In this document: positions 33,504 through 47,230 of the stretch, piece by piece
Layout: every line of letters starts with the position of its first letter
How positions within the stretch are numbered: the first letter of the stretch is position 1
Source of the DNA: Marsupella aquatica
Lineage: Eukaryota > Plantae > Marchantiophyta
NCBI GenBank assembly: GCA_973895155.1
Contig: OZ316892.1
Span: forward strand, 28,234,307-28,298,306
Direction of reading: 5' to 3'
Length of the DNA stretch: 64,000 nucleotides
Translations under genes and position numbers: made by a program
The notes under the pieces: generated by a model
Seen by the model: the letters and a program-made list of their open reading frames with translations, nothing else
The model's database searches: none
What the model was told of the DNA's origin: nothing

Positions 33504-36500
33504 CTAAATATTCCAATCTGCCAAATTGTCATGATGATCTTCGTCATACGTAAGGTTCGAAGTGTCGGCTTTTGCAGGGCAATGATGGGCCCCGTTAGTC
33601 ACAGTATTAGAGCAGAAACACTCAGGCCATGGGTTGGTGAAGAAAGACTCCGGGTGGACTCGGAAATGTGGACCACCTGAAGACTTTCTGCTCATCACCT
33701 TTCTCACCGATGCTTCCAAATCTGATATCCGGAGAATTCCATGTTCAAAGTCAGTGAAAAGTGGGACAAGGGCCTTCCGATCGGGCAGCAACGTTGTTCG
33801 AAAACCATAGTAAAGCCTCTGTCCGATCAAGTTGTTCGCAAACTCACTTGGACCGTCGTAGGCTGGAACAAATATGTCAGATAATAGACAAACTATGTAA
33901 TCAATGGCTGGCCCAAGCAACCCACGATCTTCCTCATTTACTAGCGCCAACTTTTCACGCATTGCAACTGTTGCACGTGTTTCAAGAAGTGGAAACATAG
34001 CCCGAAGAGGATCCAAAAAACTCTCGCCACCAATATCGATGTTCCCAGCAGCCAGATATATGAGAGTTGCGTTGTCAAATCCCAATGCACGAAGAAATAA
34101 ACCAACCTGCCAGCACAGAATGCACTGTTAGTGTTACTAACAGTCGGTTGATTACCAGTTCGGTTGTAAATGTATCACCATGACCCTGTTCCAGCTTCCA
34201 CAAAGCTATAAAATTCCTGGACCGTGGACTGTTTGTAAGATAATATGTCGGAAGGTAGGTGTTGTAGCAGCGGACAAATAGGATAGAACGATCTCGGGAT
34301 GAGCGACCCAGTGCATACCTCTTTTGGAGTCAAAGGGCAGTCGCCAGTGGATTGTCTTTCGCTAGACCCAAGGTATTTATCAGCGTAGCTTTCCTTCTCG
34401 GGAAACTTCTTAAGGACGTCCAGATCTGTTGTGTCGTTGACGCCCTGGCATCTACAGTTATAATACATCCAAATTACATCAAAATATAACACAATCCTAG
34501 CAAGTAACAAATTCTCCATAGAAAGTCTTACTTATAAAAGGGCCTCATACAAAAACTTCCATCTATGGAAAACCAACCCTAAAATGGAACTTTGGCGAAA
34601 ACAATAGGAGAACATTAACGTCGTGACCAATTTGTGCCATATATGTCTAAAACCATGACAAGTACGTATTTGAGATTTCAGACGTTACGAAGAATATGCC
34701 TACAACCCACTCAGACATTCACTTACAATTATATTTTCAGATATTTTTTACAATTAGAAAGCTAAATCATTACAAAGTGGCCTGTCCACACTTCGACGAT
34801 TGAAACTTCAGGTTATAACACAGCAAGGACATATCCTGAATTCTATCAAGTCCTTGAAAAAACTCACCCTGCAAATGCTAGCATGTCCGTGTCAAAGCGA
34901 ATCTGAATTGACATGTAAGCACCTTCCGAGCGAAGCTGTTCTACGACCAGATTGCTCAAGTTCCTGACATAGTGAATGAACCTCAGAGCATGATAGTTTA
35001 CTCGACAACGAAGCCGCTGGTATTCCTGGTTGTCAAGATCTACCTCAAGGTGATGAGAGAATGGAGTGAGATAAACAGCTCCATGATCCTTCATCTTTTC
35101 AAGGGCGGTAGTTTCGTACCATTTGACAGAGACATTAAGAGGGGGCTGCAGCTGCAACATGTCCGATAAGATCAATGGAATAAGTGTAAATACATTTGCA
35201 ACATTTACTTGCAACTAATGCTAAATTTCAATTCCAAATACCAAACAAAATATAAATGTGATTCTGCCAATTTCATCGTCACTAACAGTACATCATGACC
35301 GCTACCGAAACTGCCTCGCTAAAGCTTTGCTGCTTGTCAATCTTCTGTATGGTTGGCAGCAGAGAAACCCACAAGAGCGTGTATATAAGACATTACAGTC
35401 TACCTGAAAGGGTTTCAGTCTGCCTCTTTTCTGCCCTTGGCCCCACATAGTTGGCAAACTCTGGACAACTCTTACATCATTCTTTAAAGTAGTGATGAAA
35501 TGGTCAACATCATAGATACCTGGAAAACCACTGGAAGAACCACATCCATCACTGCATATTGCTAGCAGAGTCGGCATTGTATTTCAGTGGACTCATCAAG
35601 TTTCCAGACCCCAATCAGAAATACTCTATAGACTCGGTCAAGGTTTATGTTTCTATCATTGATGTCCATTAGTCATTCTTCTGATATTAATGTGTTAACG
35701 CATATTACTAACATGCCCACTGCAAGGTAGGTTACAAGAGGAATGGAGCGACAACTCAAGTCAATAATGATCTATGAAACTCCAACCCAAACTCGAGTGA
35801 AAGAAAATCCTGAACTATACGAGATTGTGGAGTTAAAATTTACTTCTCGATCAAAAAGTGCCATGAAGTATTCTTTATACTTTTGGGAGTCTTTTGCCTT
35901 TGTCTGATGTTTCTAGGGTTGACGAAAAATGGAAATGGGTAATGTTCCTAATTAAGGAATGCATGTATCAAAGAAGAAAAGAAGACAAGCAAGCTCACCT
36001 CTCGTCATGCCAAAACGAATTGTCAAGTTGTGGCAACACTAATGTGGCATTCATGATCCGTGCAGCAAGTACTGCATTGCAAATCTGCCACGTCAACAAG
36101 TCAGCTGGTTCACCCTTTGAAAAATTGTAAAGCTTAGAACAGTGATTCAATCAATGTCTAAATGATCTAATAACTTGAAGAATGTCAATGCACAACCCCA
36201 CCGCCAAAGCCTTTCATGTGATACTGAGCAGACTACTCCAATCCATGAATAGATCAGCAAATGATACAGTCAACTTCTCGAAGAGAGACGACACACTTTT
36301 TATGCTATCTACTTTAGCTCATAACATGCCTATGTCACTCTAGTGACATTACTTAAAAAGTTAATGAACCACATGGGCGCCCATTATTCTGATACTGCGG
36401 AAGGCAAACAAACTCACCGCAATGCGCTGCTGAGTGAAACCCCCATTGCAGCGGACCACCAAGTATCCGTTACTCTTTCGAGGTGGGACTGCACACGTCA

Positions 36501-37299
36501 CAAAAAACCATAAGCTTATAGCCGAATGTCATCCCGGTGGTTTCACAATTTCTGAACCAGTAGAGAGAAAGTCTAACAGCGGGACAGAGGTCATAATTTG
36601 ACGTGTTTAGATAGGTCTGAAAACTTGTTGATACATCTACCCACATCCCAATGCTTCCATTGATGAGAAACACCATTTGTTTCTCTTGATTCCAGTAAAG
36701 TCTTGTAGATGCCCATTATTTCAATGAAAGACACATAGAAAGGTACATCCTAGTGACCAGCGCTTACGCCAATCTGAAGATCGTTGCACACAGGATGCCC
36801 GCCAGCCCAAAGTAGGAGCAGTGCTCCAAAACTTATGTTCCTCATTCTACATTCACAACCACCTGCTGTAAGTGAGACCACTGGGTCACAGGATCTTGCA
36901 AGCAATAGGCAGCAAATTATCAGACTAGTAGAGCATAAGGACAGAGATTAGGCTTTGGACAGGATTATCGTGACAAAGGGCTTCCCACGATATAGAAAGA
37001 CGTGAGGCGACAAAATGACGAGGGATTCAGAGAATCAGCGAAGTGTGTCGGGAACCAAACATATGCACTTCAAGAACCAAGAAAAGGCCATGAACCTGCG
37101 ATAGAAGAAACCGAGGTCGCTCTTTCATTCGGTGAAAATAAGAAATCAGACTGATGAGCAAGATCACAACAGGTAACCATCGCTTTCCCAATATGGTCCT
37201 CATTCCTGACCACCAATTTTTCCATGGTCGAAGACCTGAACGTCCTCGAAAGTCATGGATAGCCCTGTCGAAGTTGTGAAAACGTCCAGCCCTGCACAA
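33504..37299 (-). CDS. Plant O-fucosyltransferase family protein (PF10250-type), about 8 exons; start codon uncertain
   Basis: Exon peptides GYLVVRCNGG, ICNAVLAARIMNATLVLP, SGFPGIYDVDHF, YQRLRCRVNYHALRF, CPLTPKEV, IDYIVCLLSDIFVP and FFTNPWPECFC. Confidence 0.88.
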
Positions 37300-40200
37300 A
37301 CACTGAAGAGTTCAGCTGCTGGAATACAAAACCCCACACATGATGTCCCACACACAACCCTGTGATCTTGATCCATCTATGGCATCTTTCTAATTGGGGG
37401 CCATACAGCCGTTTGTGAAGCGAAAGTGAATTCTCGACATCTTGTTGTAGTATTACATCTCAAGGAATGGAATCGCCCATCAACCCCAAAACCAGGAGTG
37501 AACATCCCAACGCCACCAGACTCAAAAGGGAAGAGAAAGAAAGAAAACTAACATCAGAAAGAGGAACACCGGAAGAGCAGAGCACAACGAAGTAAATATC
37601 ATAAATATAAACGAGGAAACCCAACTCTGCAGAATGTGGAAAGCCAGAAACATCAACCACAAGCTCAAATGAAACCAGATCACGGCTAAAACTTACTTAA
37701 AATTACGCATTGTATTCGCCGTACCTCATCAGACAGAATATGGGCTACTACGACTATCCAAGTGGGGAATCACACAAGATAGGTGTAGCAGTACTGAGGG
37801 ACTAGCAGAGCGTACGCAAATAGAAATTTCTTGACAGCTGACTGACCCACCAAATTTCTGCGTGAAAAAACAAGATTCTCTCCTCTCTGAAAGCCAATCA
37901 AGAACTTTCCGGAATGGACTCTGTAAACACTACAGTTCCTACGGATCTCTTCTTCTTCCACTTTGACCAACGAGCAAGGCTCTAGAGTGAACTCTCCCAA
38001 CACGACCCCGCATTAGAGATCATAGCCTTTACATTGAGGTCGTGCCACAGCAACCACCATCATCTTTGCTTCTCAATCAGTAACAACCACCATCGCCAGA
38101 ACATGGGCTCCTCTCCTGTTGCTGCTGCTGAGGATGGTAATGAATTGCAAGTGGCATTCTTTCTCCAGAGTTGGGGCACCGAGTGAAGCTTTCTTCTTCG
38201 TCCTGGTGGTCAGGATTGAAATGGGTTGCATGACTTTGGCTCCCATTTGGATCCTTTCGACCCCTGTTGGACAAGACTCCTTCGCCAGGCAGAGTCGTTC
38301 ATAAGTTAAATCCCACACATTACCTTTATTCAGTCAAACTCGTGACATTCCCACACTTTTCGTAAGAGTCTGATCCCATGCTCTTCTATGAGCTTCTCTG
38401 GTTATATTTTGTTATCTTACTAATAAAGCACAATGCAAATTACTTTTGAGGCCTATGATATAGGGTGGAGCTTCTAGGCAATAATTCTCAATAAAGACAA
38501 AAGAAAAAAGTGAGGTAAACCAAAAACAGGAATAGGGGAAAATGAATGAGAAATAGTATACAAACATCTTTTTTTGCAGGATTCTTTATTGTCTTCATCT
38601 CTACTTTATTTCAAGGACTTAGGCGGCGAGAATAGAATTAGGGGTGGGGGTGAAAAATGGGGATGGGGGTGGAGTAGTGCTGGGAGTAGTGTGCCGCATT
38701 TGAAAATGGGGCCGTCTGTGAAGAGATTTGGTGGAGGCCACATGTGAAGAGAGTCAATAGATTAGGGAGGCCGCCTATGAAGAGGTTAGCTGCTGTCATC
38801 AAGGGTCAAGGGCTATCGTGAAATGGATAGCTCTTTTCCAATTATTTGAAGAAACTTTGGTCAGCTACTCTCATCGAGGATCAACACTTTTTAATCCTCA
38901 TCACTATGAATGTTCAAAGAATCAAAGAACGGGTAGTCAGGCTAGCCTGAACACCACACACATCTGGTTCATCACTATAAATTTGATCAAATCAAAGTGT
39001 ACCCTTACCTACTCCCTGGAGTGCCATAATTTATCTTTGGAACAATTTATTTTATCATTTAGACTATACTTGTGAGTAGGGACAGACATTGGAGTCTGGG
39101 TAAACTATGAGGAGCCCTTCCTATGCATCCTCATCAGTATTCAACCTAGTATAATGTATTCTGCACCCTAAACCCTAAACTCCCAGGCCCGCTTCCACGC
39201 TGACATAAAATGCTTTAGACTTTTCTTGGATTTTTTGAACAGCAGATTGAGCAAAGCTTTTGCAAGTTAAGTGGGTTGTTTTGCAAGACCTTCACAAACT
39301 CTGTTATGGCCTTTTTTATGTGCTTTTTGCAAAGCTCATGCAAAGCAATCCACTTTGCAACCTGCTCTGCAATGAAATCAATTTGTTTTTGAAAGTGTGA
39401 AGGTATGAGCTTGACAACTTTAATTTTTTAATAAAAAATTGCTGTGCTATTGGCTTTTTGGTATTAGTGTGTAGCTTTGCTTTAATTGACTTATATTTTC
39501 GTGGTAAAATGTCACCATGGCTTCCTAATATATCTTGGTGGTGGGTATTTTGTTGTTGTGACTTAGTTAGGAGAAGAGTTACCCGAGGAAGATAACTCTG
39601 AAGGAGATTGCAATAGGGGTGAAGCATGGGGCAACATCCAAATTGGCTTGGGTGACGCATAGTTGACTACTGTAAGTTTTTCCTACCCTTCCTTTTCCCC
39701 ACCCATTACAGTAGACCTCTCATGCTGGCTCTTGTGGTTGATTCCCTCTTACCTAATAAAGCACCATTATTTGAAAGTTAGGATAAGGCCTATGGCTAGA
39801 GTGAAGCCTCTGGGGGCATAGCTACTGCTGGGGTAGAATTGATAACCAGCAATAGTGGTAGTTGATCACCATATATATAGTTACAAACACAGCTAGAGCA
39901 TTCGGGCAAGCATCCCAACAAGCATTCAGGTTACCTTCGTTTCCCAAACACAATGCCCGGGCACTGTGTTTGAAAATGTAAATTTTTTGGTCCCAATTTT
40001 GTCAACTCAAACACTGTCAATTTAACACAACCTCGGGCACTATGTTTGAATGAGGCTTCGTGTTCAAATAAGAAATTGCATGTGTTTCAGTTTGAGTATT
40101 ATGGCTTTTGTAAAATTAAGGTGACGTCTAGATCATGTAAACTACCCTAGTTCACTCATTGTCCAATTTTATATGGAATTTCTACATGATGAATCATACC

Positions 40201-41339
40201 TGACCTGCTCATATATTCCGTTGTCATTATTTAATTTCTAATTTTTTTGCATGTTTCTTTCATCCTTGTACATGAAAGTGTATGTTGACCCCCTTGTACA
40301 TTTAACTATTTTATTCCTGATTGATGACCCACTTAACTGTTTTCAGTTTTTTCGTTTCACGGTTTGAAAGTTGCACAAGAGGACCACACACATCCCCCTC
40401 AACAAAAAGGAAGACAGCTATTGGGATAGCTTCACCAGGTTTCAACCTTTTCATCTATGATGCACTCCACGCCACCAAGTTACTCTGACTTTGGATCTGG
40501 GTACTAGTAGTAGACAAAGTACTCTGCTTAAAATTTGCTCTTCTCACTCTAGTTCACAAAAATCAGACCAAAAGTAGGAATCAATCATCAATGGTCAACA
40601 TTCAGAGCTGAACAACCAACAAGCTTTCTTTTGCCAAGGTGCCTAGGGATAGACAGATCAATCTTGTCTCTACAAACTCAAGACAGAGTTAGGTCACAGT
40701 TATTTTCCTCGTGGGGTCCTCATATATTTTCTTCCTACCCATCACTCAGAAATAAGTGTATCATTTTTTAATTGGGATGAGTAGAAGACTATTAAATTTT
40801 GTTAGGGTACATTTATTTAGGGCATTTAAGAATTCATTTTCTGGAATAATATGAATTAAAGAAACGGCTTCAAATTTGGGAATATCTTAGAATGTTCTAA
40901 TAAGTTAGCTCTAGAAATAGTTTTAAGTTTTGTTCTCCTGGCTTACTTGTAGGCTCACTTGTAGGGTGTCTATTACCTACAAGTATCATTTTGGTAGTCC
41001 TGGCTCAAGATTTTCAGAAATTCCTTCAATTCAAGTTTGTACTTACTTTACTAGTCAGTGGACCTCAATCGATGGAAGCTATACAAACTGAGCTTGACTC
41101 AGTAGATTATGAAATAATTGAATTGCACAGGTAAGGCCAGAAGTAGGGGCTCCCCATCAAATAGACACCAGACAATGCATGAGATTGGGTGCATTTCTAC
41201 TCTGACTATTCTCATAATCTTGTAAGTAACCACTAGGGAGTCTCGAACATGAAAAAAAACACCTCACTGGTGGCTTGCAATGCGCTGCGCACTGAAACTG
41301 GGTACACCCGGGCCGAGATCTTTTCGGGCAGTCAGATTT

Positions 41340-41990
41340 GAGGGGGGTTGCAGCACTCTGTGTGAATGGCAACCTGAGTTGAAGACTCCTTTGAAATCAG
41401 GTCCATTGTCCCGCCTCCTGGGTGTGACTGGTTGGGCTTTGAGGGGGGTCACAACACTCTGTGTGAATGGCAACCTGAGTTGATGACTACTTTGAAATCT
41501 GGTCCATTGTCATGACTCCTGGGCCTGACTGGTTGGGCATTGAGGGTGTTAGGTATTTACTCAAGGTCTAGGGTTACGACATGTAACCGTAGTTAGGCTA
41601 ACCATAGTCGGAGACATGGTTAGGTTAACTAGGATGCACACTATATGCCAAACGGTGTTTGCTTGGATAAGTGGAACTTAGGCTGATTATTATGGAGCCA
41701 CTTGAGAGATGAGGAGAGCTTACACTGTGGAGACTTGGTATAGCCGACGGGCTTAGAGTTCAGTAAAGCTCTCTTGTGTGTTCCCGCGGACGTAGCCTCG
41801 AGGAGGTGAACCACATATCTCTTGTGTCGACTACTTGCGCGTTGGATGTATCATGTGCTTACCGTTACGAGTGTCGTCTATGCTCAACAGAGGGGGGTCA
41901 TGACACTCTCTGTGAATGGCAACCTGAGTTGATGACTACTTTAAAATTGGGTCCGTTGTCACGACTCCTGGGCGTGACTGGTAGGGCCTC
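41340..41990. repeat. ~101-bp tandem repeat (3 units); the third unit is split by a solo LTR
   Basis: GAGGGGGG..CACTCTGTGTGAATGGCAACCTGAGTTGA at ~41340, ~41441 and 41542/41890. Confidence 0.85.
41547..41889 (+). mobile_element. Solo LTR with a perfect 5-bp TSD
   Basis: TGTTAGG...GCTCAACA; GAGGG at 41542-41546 and 41890-41894. Confidence 0.9.
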
Positions 41991-44900
41991 ACATTTGGTG
42001 CCCAACTAGTCCATCCTGCTGCCCCGGCCCGCAACACTCCCAGACATGGTCCCACGTGAAAATGATGGTATTTGAGACACCCTAATATATTGTCATCACC
42101 TTGTGCCAAGGAATTTACAAGACACATGTCTGGAATGGTGAATGTTTAATAGGTGGCATGCATCTTGTGGGAGGGAGATTCCAAACAAGTCCTGTTTGTA
42201 TTCTCAGGCAGACTACAGATTCCTTGGAAGCGCGCTGGCAGTGCCTTTTTGGCTGATAAAGCCTCAACCCTGTTCAGGCAGTGGGCAAGCAAAAGGAATC
42301 CCCAATTTTTCTGAAGGTTGCTTGTGCCATTGTGTCTATTCTAGGCCTGGCCCACCTTATGCCCAGGTAATTAAAGGAAAAAGTTATTCTGCTGGCTTTT
42401 CTTTCTTAACTTATGTCTGGTAGTTTTGAGAAATGTCCAAGGACAGCTGGCGGTACAGCCTAATTAGTGCAAGGAAATATATACCATACTGTCACCAGGA
42501 GACCCAATAAAGGGGGGAACTAAAACCAAACGCCTAAAGCCTTACTGAGAGGCAAATTGAAAAACTTGGGGAAAGTCTGGGGTAAACACTAGAGGAAGGT
42601 CTCAAAGAGGAATTTGGTTAGGTGAAATAAACCCCACTACTGCACCCCTACAAAGAGCAATGAAAGGTGAAATTAACTTTTCCACCATGGCAAGGAAGTG
42701 GAGCTTGAATGGACACAAAGTAATGTGTTTGACTTGATACCAAGTGGACACACAAAACCCTAGTGACAATTTAATCCCATTTTAAATTCATTCACAGAAC
42801 ATTTCTTACACTACATTCAGAAGATGACATGTAGAAGGTTTTCAATGGATTCCCAAATGCATTCCTCCCATCCAAAACCCATTGAGATAGCAGCCTCTCT
42901 TTTCATTCAAATTGAGAAGTTGGATTTCCCTTGCTTGCCATGTGTAACATGTATATAACCTCTTACACTTCCATATCGTGACACTGTAAGTTTCCAGGAG
43001 AATCATGACACTGGAAGCCCGACTGGAAGTTCCTGTGTCCATACATTTAAGTAGTAATAGTCGAGGTAGTGTCAATTGTTTGTGTCTATCCAAGCTTCCA
43101 ATTGCGACACTCATCTTTTTGGGGGAATGCAATGCTTTACTCACAAGGGAAGAAAAGTTCAATACCACACCAGAAAGCCAGGCAAACTCACAACTGGGCA
43201 ACCGCCAAGACAAACCACAACCAGACTCATCTAGAGTGTTGATCTAGGGGAACCACAACTTATAACAGGGTATGTGGCCCCAATTCATAACTCCAGAAGG
43301 ACTCTTACATGGGCTAGTACAGTGGTACCAAACAAACCAATATACTAGCATCAAACCAAGGCACCACAATTGCAACTCTCTCAAACCTGCCAGATTCTTT
43401 TTTTAAATACAATTATATTTTCAAAAATATTCTATCATACAAAGAGCTTGTTGGCATCCCAACTCTCACACATATAGCATGTTCGTTCTAAGACAGAGCT
43501 ATTTTAACTTATTGACAATAATGTCAATTGTATCCTATGTAAATATCAAATAGCAATTATAGCATAGTATTCAAATGCATTAAAACAGGGAATCAAATAA
43601 ATAAATAGAATAAAAATGCACACCTTTAAAGTGAAGAAACTATCGTACTTTTTAGGTGAAAAACAAATACATAACTTATAAGTCAATGTACCTTAGAGGT
43701 ATAGTATTTTGTGGTAGACAAAAAAGTATGTTAGCTTTATACTCTAGCTTAAGTTTGTACTCTACTTTTAGGCCCTATTGAAGGCCCTATTGAAAGATTC
43801 ACTATTTAGGTGACACCTGTTAGCCTCTAAACCATAAGGGTCGGAAAGTTTTTCACCAATGGACATATAACCTACAGCGCATCTCTGGTTTTAGTGCTGG
43901 CTGCATCCAGGTGAGTCTGACATCTCGTGCCATAGAGGATGAATGGCAGAAAAAAAATCTCATCAAATACATGATAAGTTATCACAATAAAACATATCAA
44001 ATCAAATGAAATCATAAACTTGAAATAATTAAAGGGGTTAGATAATTTGTTAAATTCATACCAATACAAAGTGAAATGATACACTAGGCCAGATTTAAAA
44101 GAAAATTCAGAACTCATATTTCTAATAAGACAAAATAAGGTAGAAGGTGTTTGTCATATAGCAATGTCGGAAAAAACACACATACAGCATGTTGGGTCCA
44201 AACTTTCACACAAAGAGCATGTGGGAGAGCATGTTTGCGTACAATGATCCAAGCCTAAATTTTGGATGGAGATCCCAAGATCCCATCTGAGATTGTCATT
44301 AGGAGGGTATGCATTCTCAGCTACTAGCTCTTCAGGTATTAGCTTTGTCCATGCATACTAAATTTCAATTGTTTTATTGAGTGGCCACATATATTACCCT
44401 GATCCCATTAAATGTCCATTCAAATAATTGCCCATTTCACATAAAAGCTTACAATCATATAAAAGTTTTGCTATGCTATTGTGTAACTTTAATTATTGTA
44501 AGTAGCTATAGAGAGAGCAATCTATCCTACCATCAACACCTACTAAATGTCCCTAAAAAGTAACCAGTCTATGTAGGTCAGCAGGTGGAAGAGTATGGAT
44601 GCTGTGAACAAACAAAGACAAGGAAAAGTTTGTCAATTTGTTACCCAGGTCTCCTAGGTACAACAATCTAAATTAAGTGCAAAGGGCCCCATGCTTGACG
44701 GCTGCTCACAAGCGAGTTGGCCCTGAGTGTGTCTATCAGACCAAGTTAAGCAAGTGTCCTACTTAGACCTTCCCCTAAAAGATGTTGCAGACATTCTTAC
44801 CCTGGCTTTACAGATTTGGGGAAAAGGGTGTAAATGATGAACAACTGTTGAAATTGCAGAGTTCCTTGCCAACTGACCCAGTGAGAGAAGTTTGCCCACA

Positions 44901-45616
44901 ACCTCATACAGATCCAGGATTCTGTCTTCATTTGAGTATGCAACTGAAATCAATGGAGGAAAACAGGGTTCTGTTTGGATTGTACCAGTGAGTGCTTCCA
45001 ATGCTCTTTTTATAAGCTTGAATGACCGCTACGGTAGTGCTCAGGATAGGTACACAAGTGCCAAAGCTTTTCAGCTCTTCTCTGTTTCGAAGATGGCATC
45101 TGTAGGGAAGATGGCATCTGTAGGTTGACACATTCTACAATTAAAGTAGCGTTTTCGAGCCCAGGACATCTGTCCGTTGCAGAGGCTTGAATTACGGAAG
45201 CCACTGTAGTTAGAGCTATATTTTCAATGTACTACAGATTGAATGTTCACATCTAGATGCAACTTTTTGCCTCAGACCGACGAAGAGGCAGAAGCTTGAA
45301 TTGTGACGCAACTGTGGCGTAAAGGCTAACAATGTTCTCCTGAACACATTGGCGCCAGGTGTCTGATAAGCGGAATTTCCCCCAAAGCCCGGCAACGTCT
45401 TGAGCTAGCTGGATCTCATCGCTATGCATATTTTATGATAGGTCCTGGCTGCTTATAAAGCCCAGCTGTGGTCTCAGTTACTCACAGTACGAACGAATTC
45501 TTCCAATTAGCCATCTGTTGAGTTCCATAACCATTCTTGCTATCCATCTCGAGCTGGTCCACTTTTTTGTCTTCGTATTGTTCGTGAAGCACCCGATAGT
45601 TCGATCGATTGCAGAC

Positions 45617-46271
45617 ATGGCTTCGGAAGTAACCCCCCAGCAGCTCGCGGAGGAGACTCCCACCGAGGTTTCACCACCTTCTGAGCCGGAAACCACCGAA
45701 GCTGCACCACCAGCAGAGCCCGAGACCACCACCGGGGTCGACGAAGCTCCACCCAAGGTTTCGACCAAGGAGAAGATCACTGGCAAGATCCATCAGGTGC
45801 ACTTACTACTTACACTCTAGCCAGCCGGCAGATTTCCTTTGCTTCCATGTGTATTGACTTCCTCAATTGTGACTTTTCACTAGTTCATGGAATCTCCAAT
45901 CATACATTCTCGTTGACGTGTGACGTCCGCTGATGTTCAATCTATTGAATGTTACCCATATGTCGGACACGATGAGCTGAAGCCTGATCAAACATGTAGT
46001 CATGAGAAGTTTTGGTTTGATTCTATATCATTTATAGACTACTTGCGATTGTGATATGAATCAGTTGTCCTGAATCTAGATACCAAATCTACATTATTTC
46101 ACAAACGTACCCAGGAATTGACAGACTTCTGTTGCATTCATGATTTCAATTTACAAACCTCTCAAAGTAAAAATTGACAGAAATCTGTTGTATGATGTTC
46201 TTCCATAACAGACTGGGGACAAGATCAAGGGAAGTGTCGCCGGCCTCAAGGAGAAAGTGAGCTCCAAGTAA
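45617..46271 (+). CDS. Small 79-aa hydrophilic LEA/dehydrin-like protein (2 exons)
   Basis: Exons 45617-45796 and 46212-46271 (phase 0); acidic PET-rich N-terminus and K-segment-like KEKITGKIHQTGDKIKGSVAGLKEKVSSK; TATAAA at ~45455. Confidence 0.75.
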
Positions 46272-47230
46272 ATCCTCAAATGGCAGAGGACTCGCGTTGT
46301 ATCCCTCTTCGCGATTGGCGGGCTGTATCTCATTTGGATGCAGTTATTCATTTTGTACCATAATTTATCACAAAATATTCGGCCGAGCAGCACCCTCAAG
46401 TGCATGTATAGAACCTGAATAGTCAGGAATGGCCATCAAGCATACGAAAATTTCCCTGCCTGCATCTGGATTTACGAAACCATTGACATAGCTGCAACAG
46501 TTCTATGTTTTAAGTCAAAGCTCCATTTCGAAATAGCTGTCAGTTATGGGTGGCACCTTGCTTGTTCAGTTGGAGGACAAGTTGAGGGCTATGAGTAAGT
46601 AACCATTATCGTGATCTGTATGCCCAATTATAATGAAGCTCATGTATACTCGAGACACTTACTCTCAGCATGTACTTGTTTTGTTACAGTCCACGATTAA
46701 TTTACAGAGTTGAATAATGACTTGCATGTACATCCTTCTTGAGGTGCATCTAATTGTCATCTTGAGCAGTAATCTTGGGTATTCTGCGCACCTTGTTGTG
46801 AAAACAGTTGGCACCGAGCACACGATTCATCGTAGAGAAGCAATTCCCTTGAGAGCTAGATTCAGCACAATGGGCATGAATTTGAAATTCTGAATCTGAG
46901 TGAATGATGCACACTAACAATTAAGATCGCTCCAGTGCTGCCACTGTATGCACGAGAATACAACTAAACTAAGATCTGTACATCTAACATGAAGCTCACT
47001 CGGATCGATCGTGTATCATAAGAGATTCATCTAACATGAAGTTCATACCTGTCGTATCACCAGTGCTCATTCCCGCCTAGCAGAAAGATGTCCCTGGCTC
47101 CTATGTACTATACAGTTCAACTAGAAATTATGAAAGCCGTTCCATCTTACGAGGAAAATGAATACTAGTGCAGCGACAAGGTCTAGAGGTATATAAGTAA
47201 GTCTGGCCTGACCCGACTATTGAAATTGAA

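Noticed and set aside
23503-41889. A single full-length LTR retrotransposon
   Set aside because: The flanks do not match each other, there is no gag/pol, and ordinary host genes lie between the LTRs.
38000-45250. Short ORFs and possible old TE fragments, including a CCCTAAACCCTAAAC telomere-like motif at ~39166
   Set aside because: No recognisable domain or boundaries; only two telomeric units.
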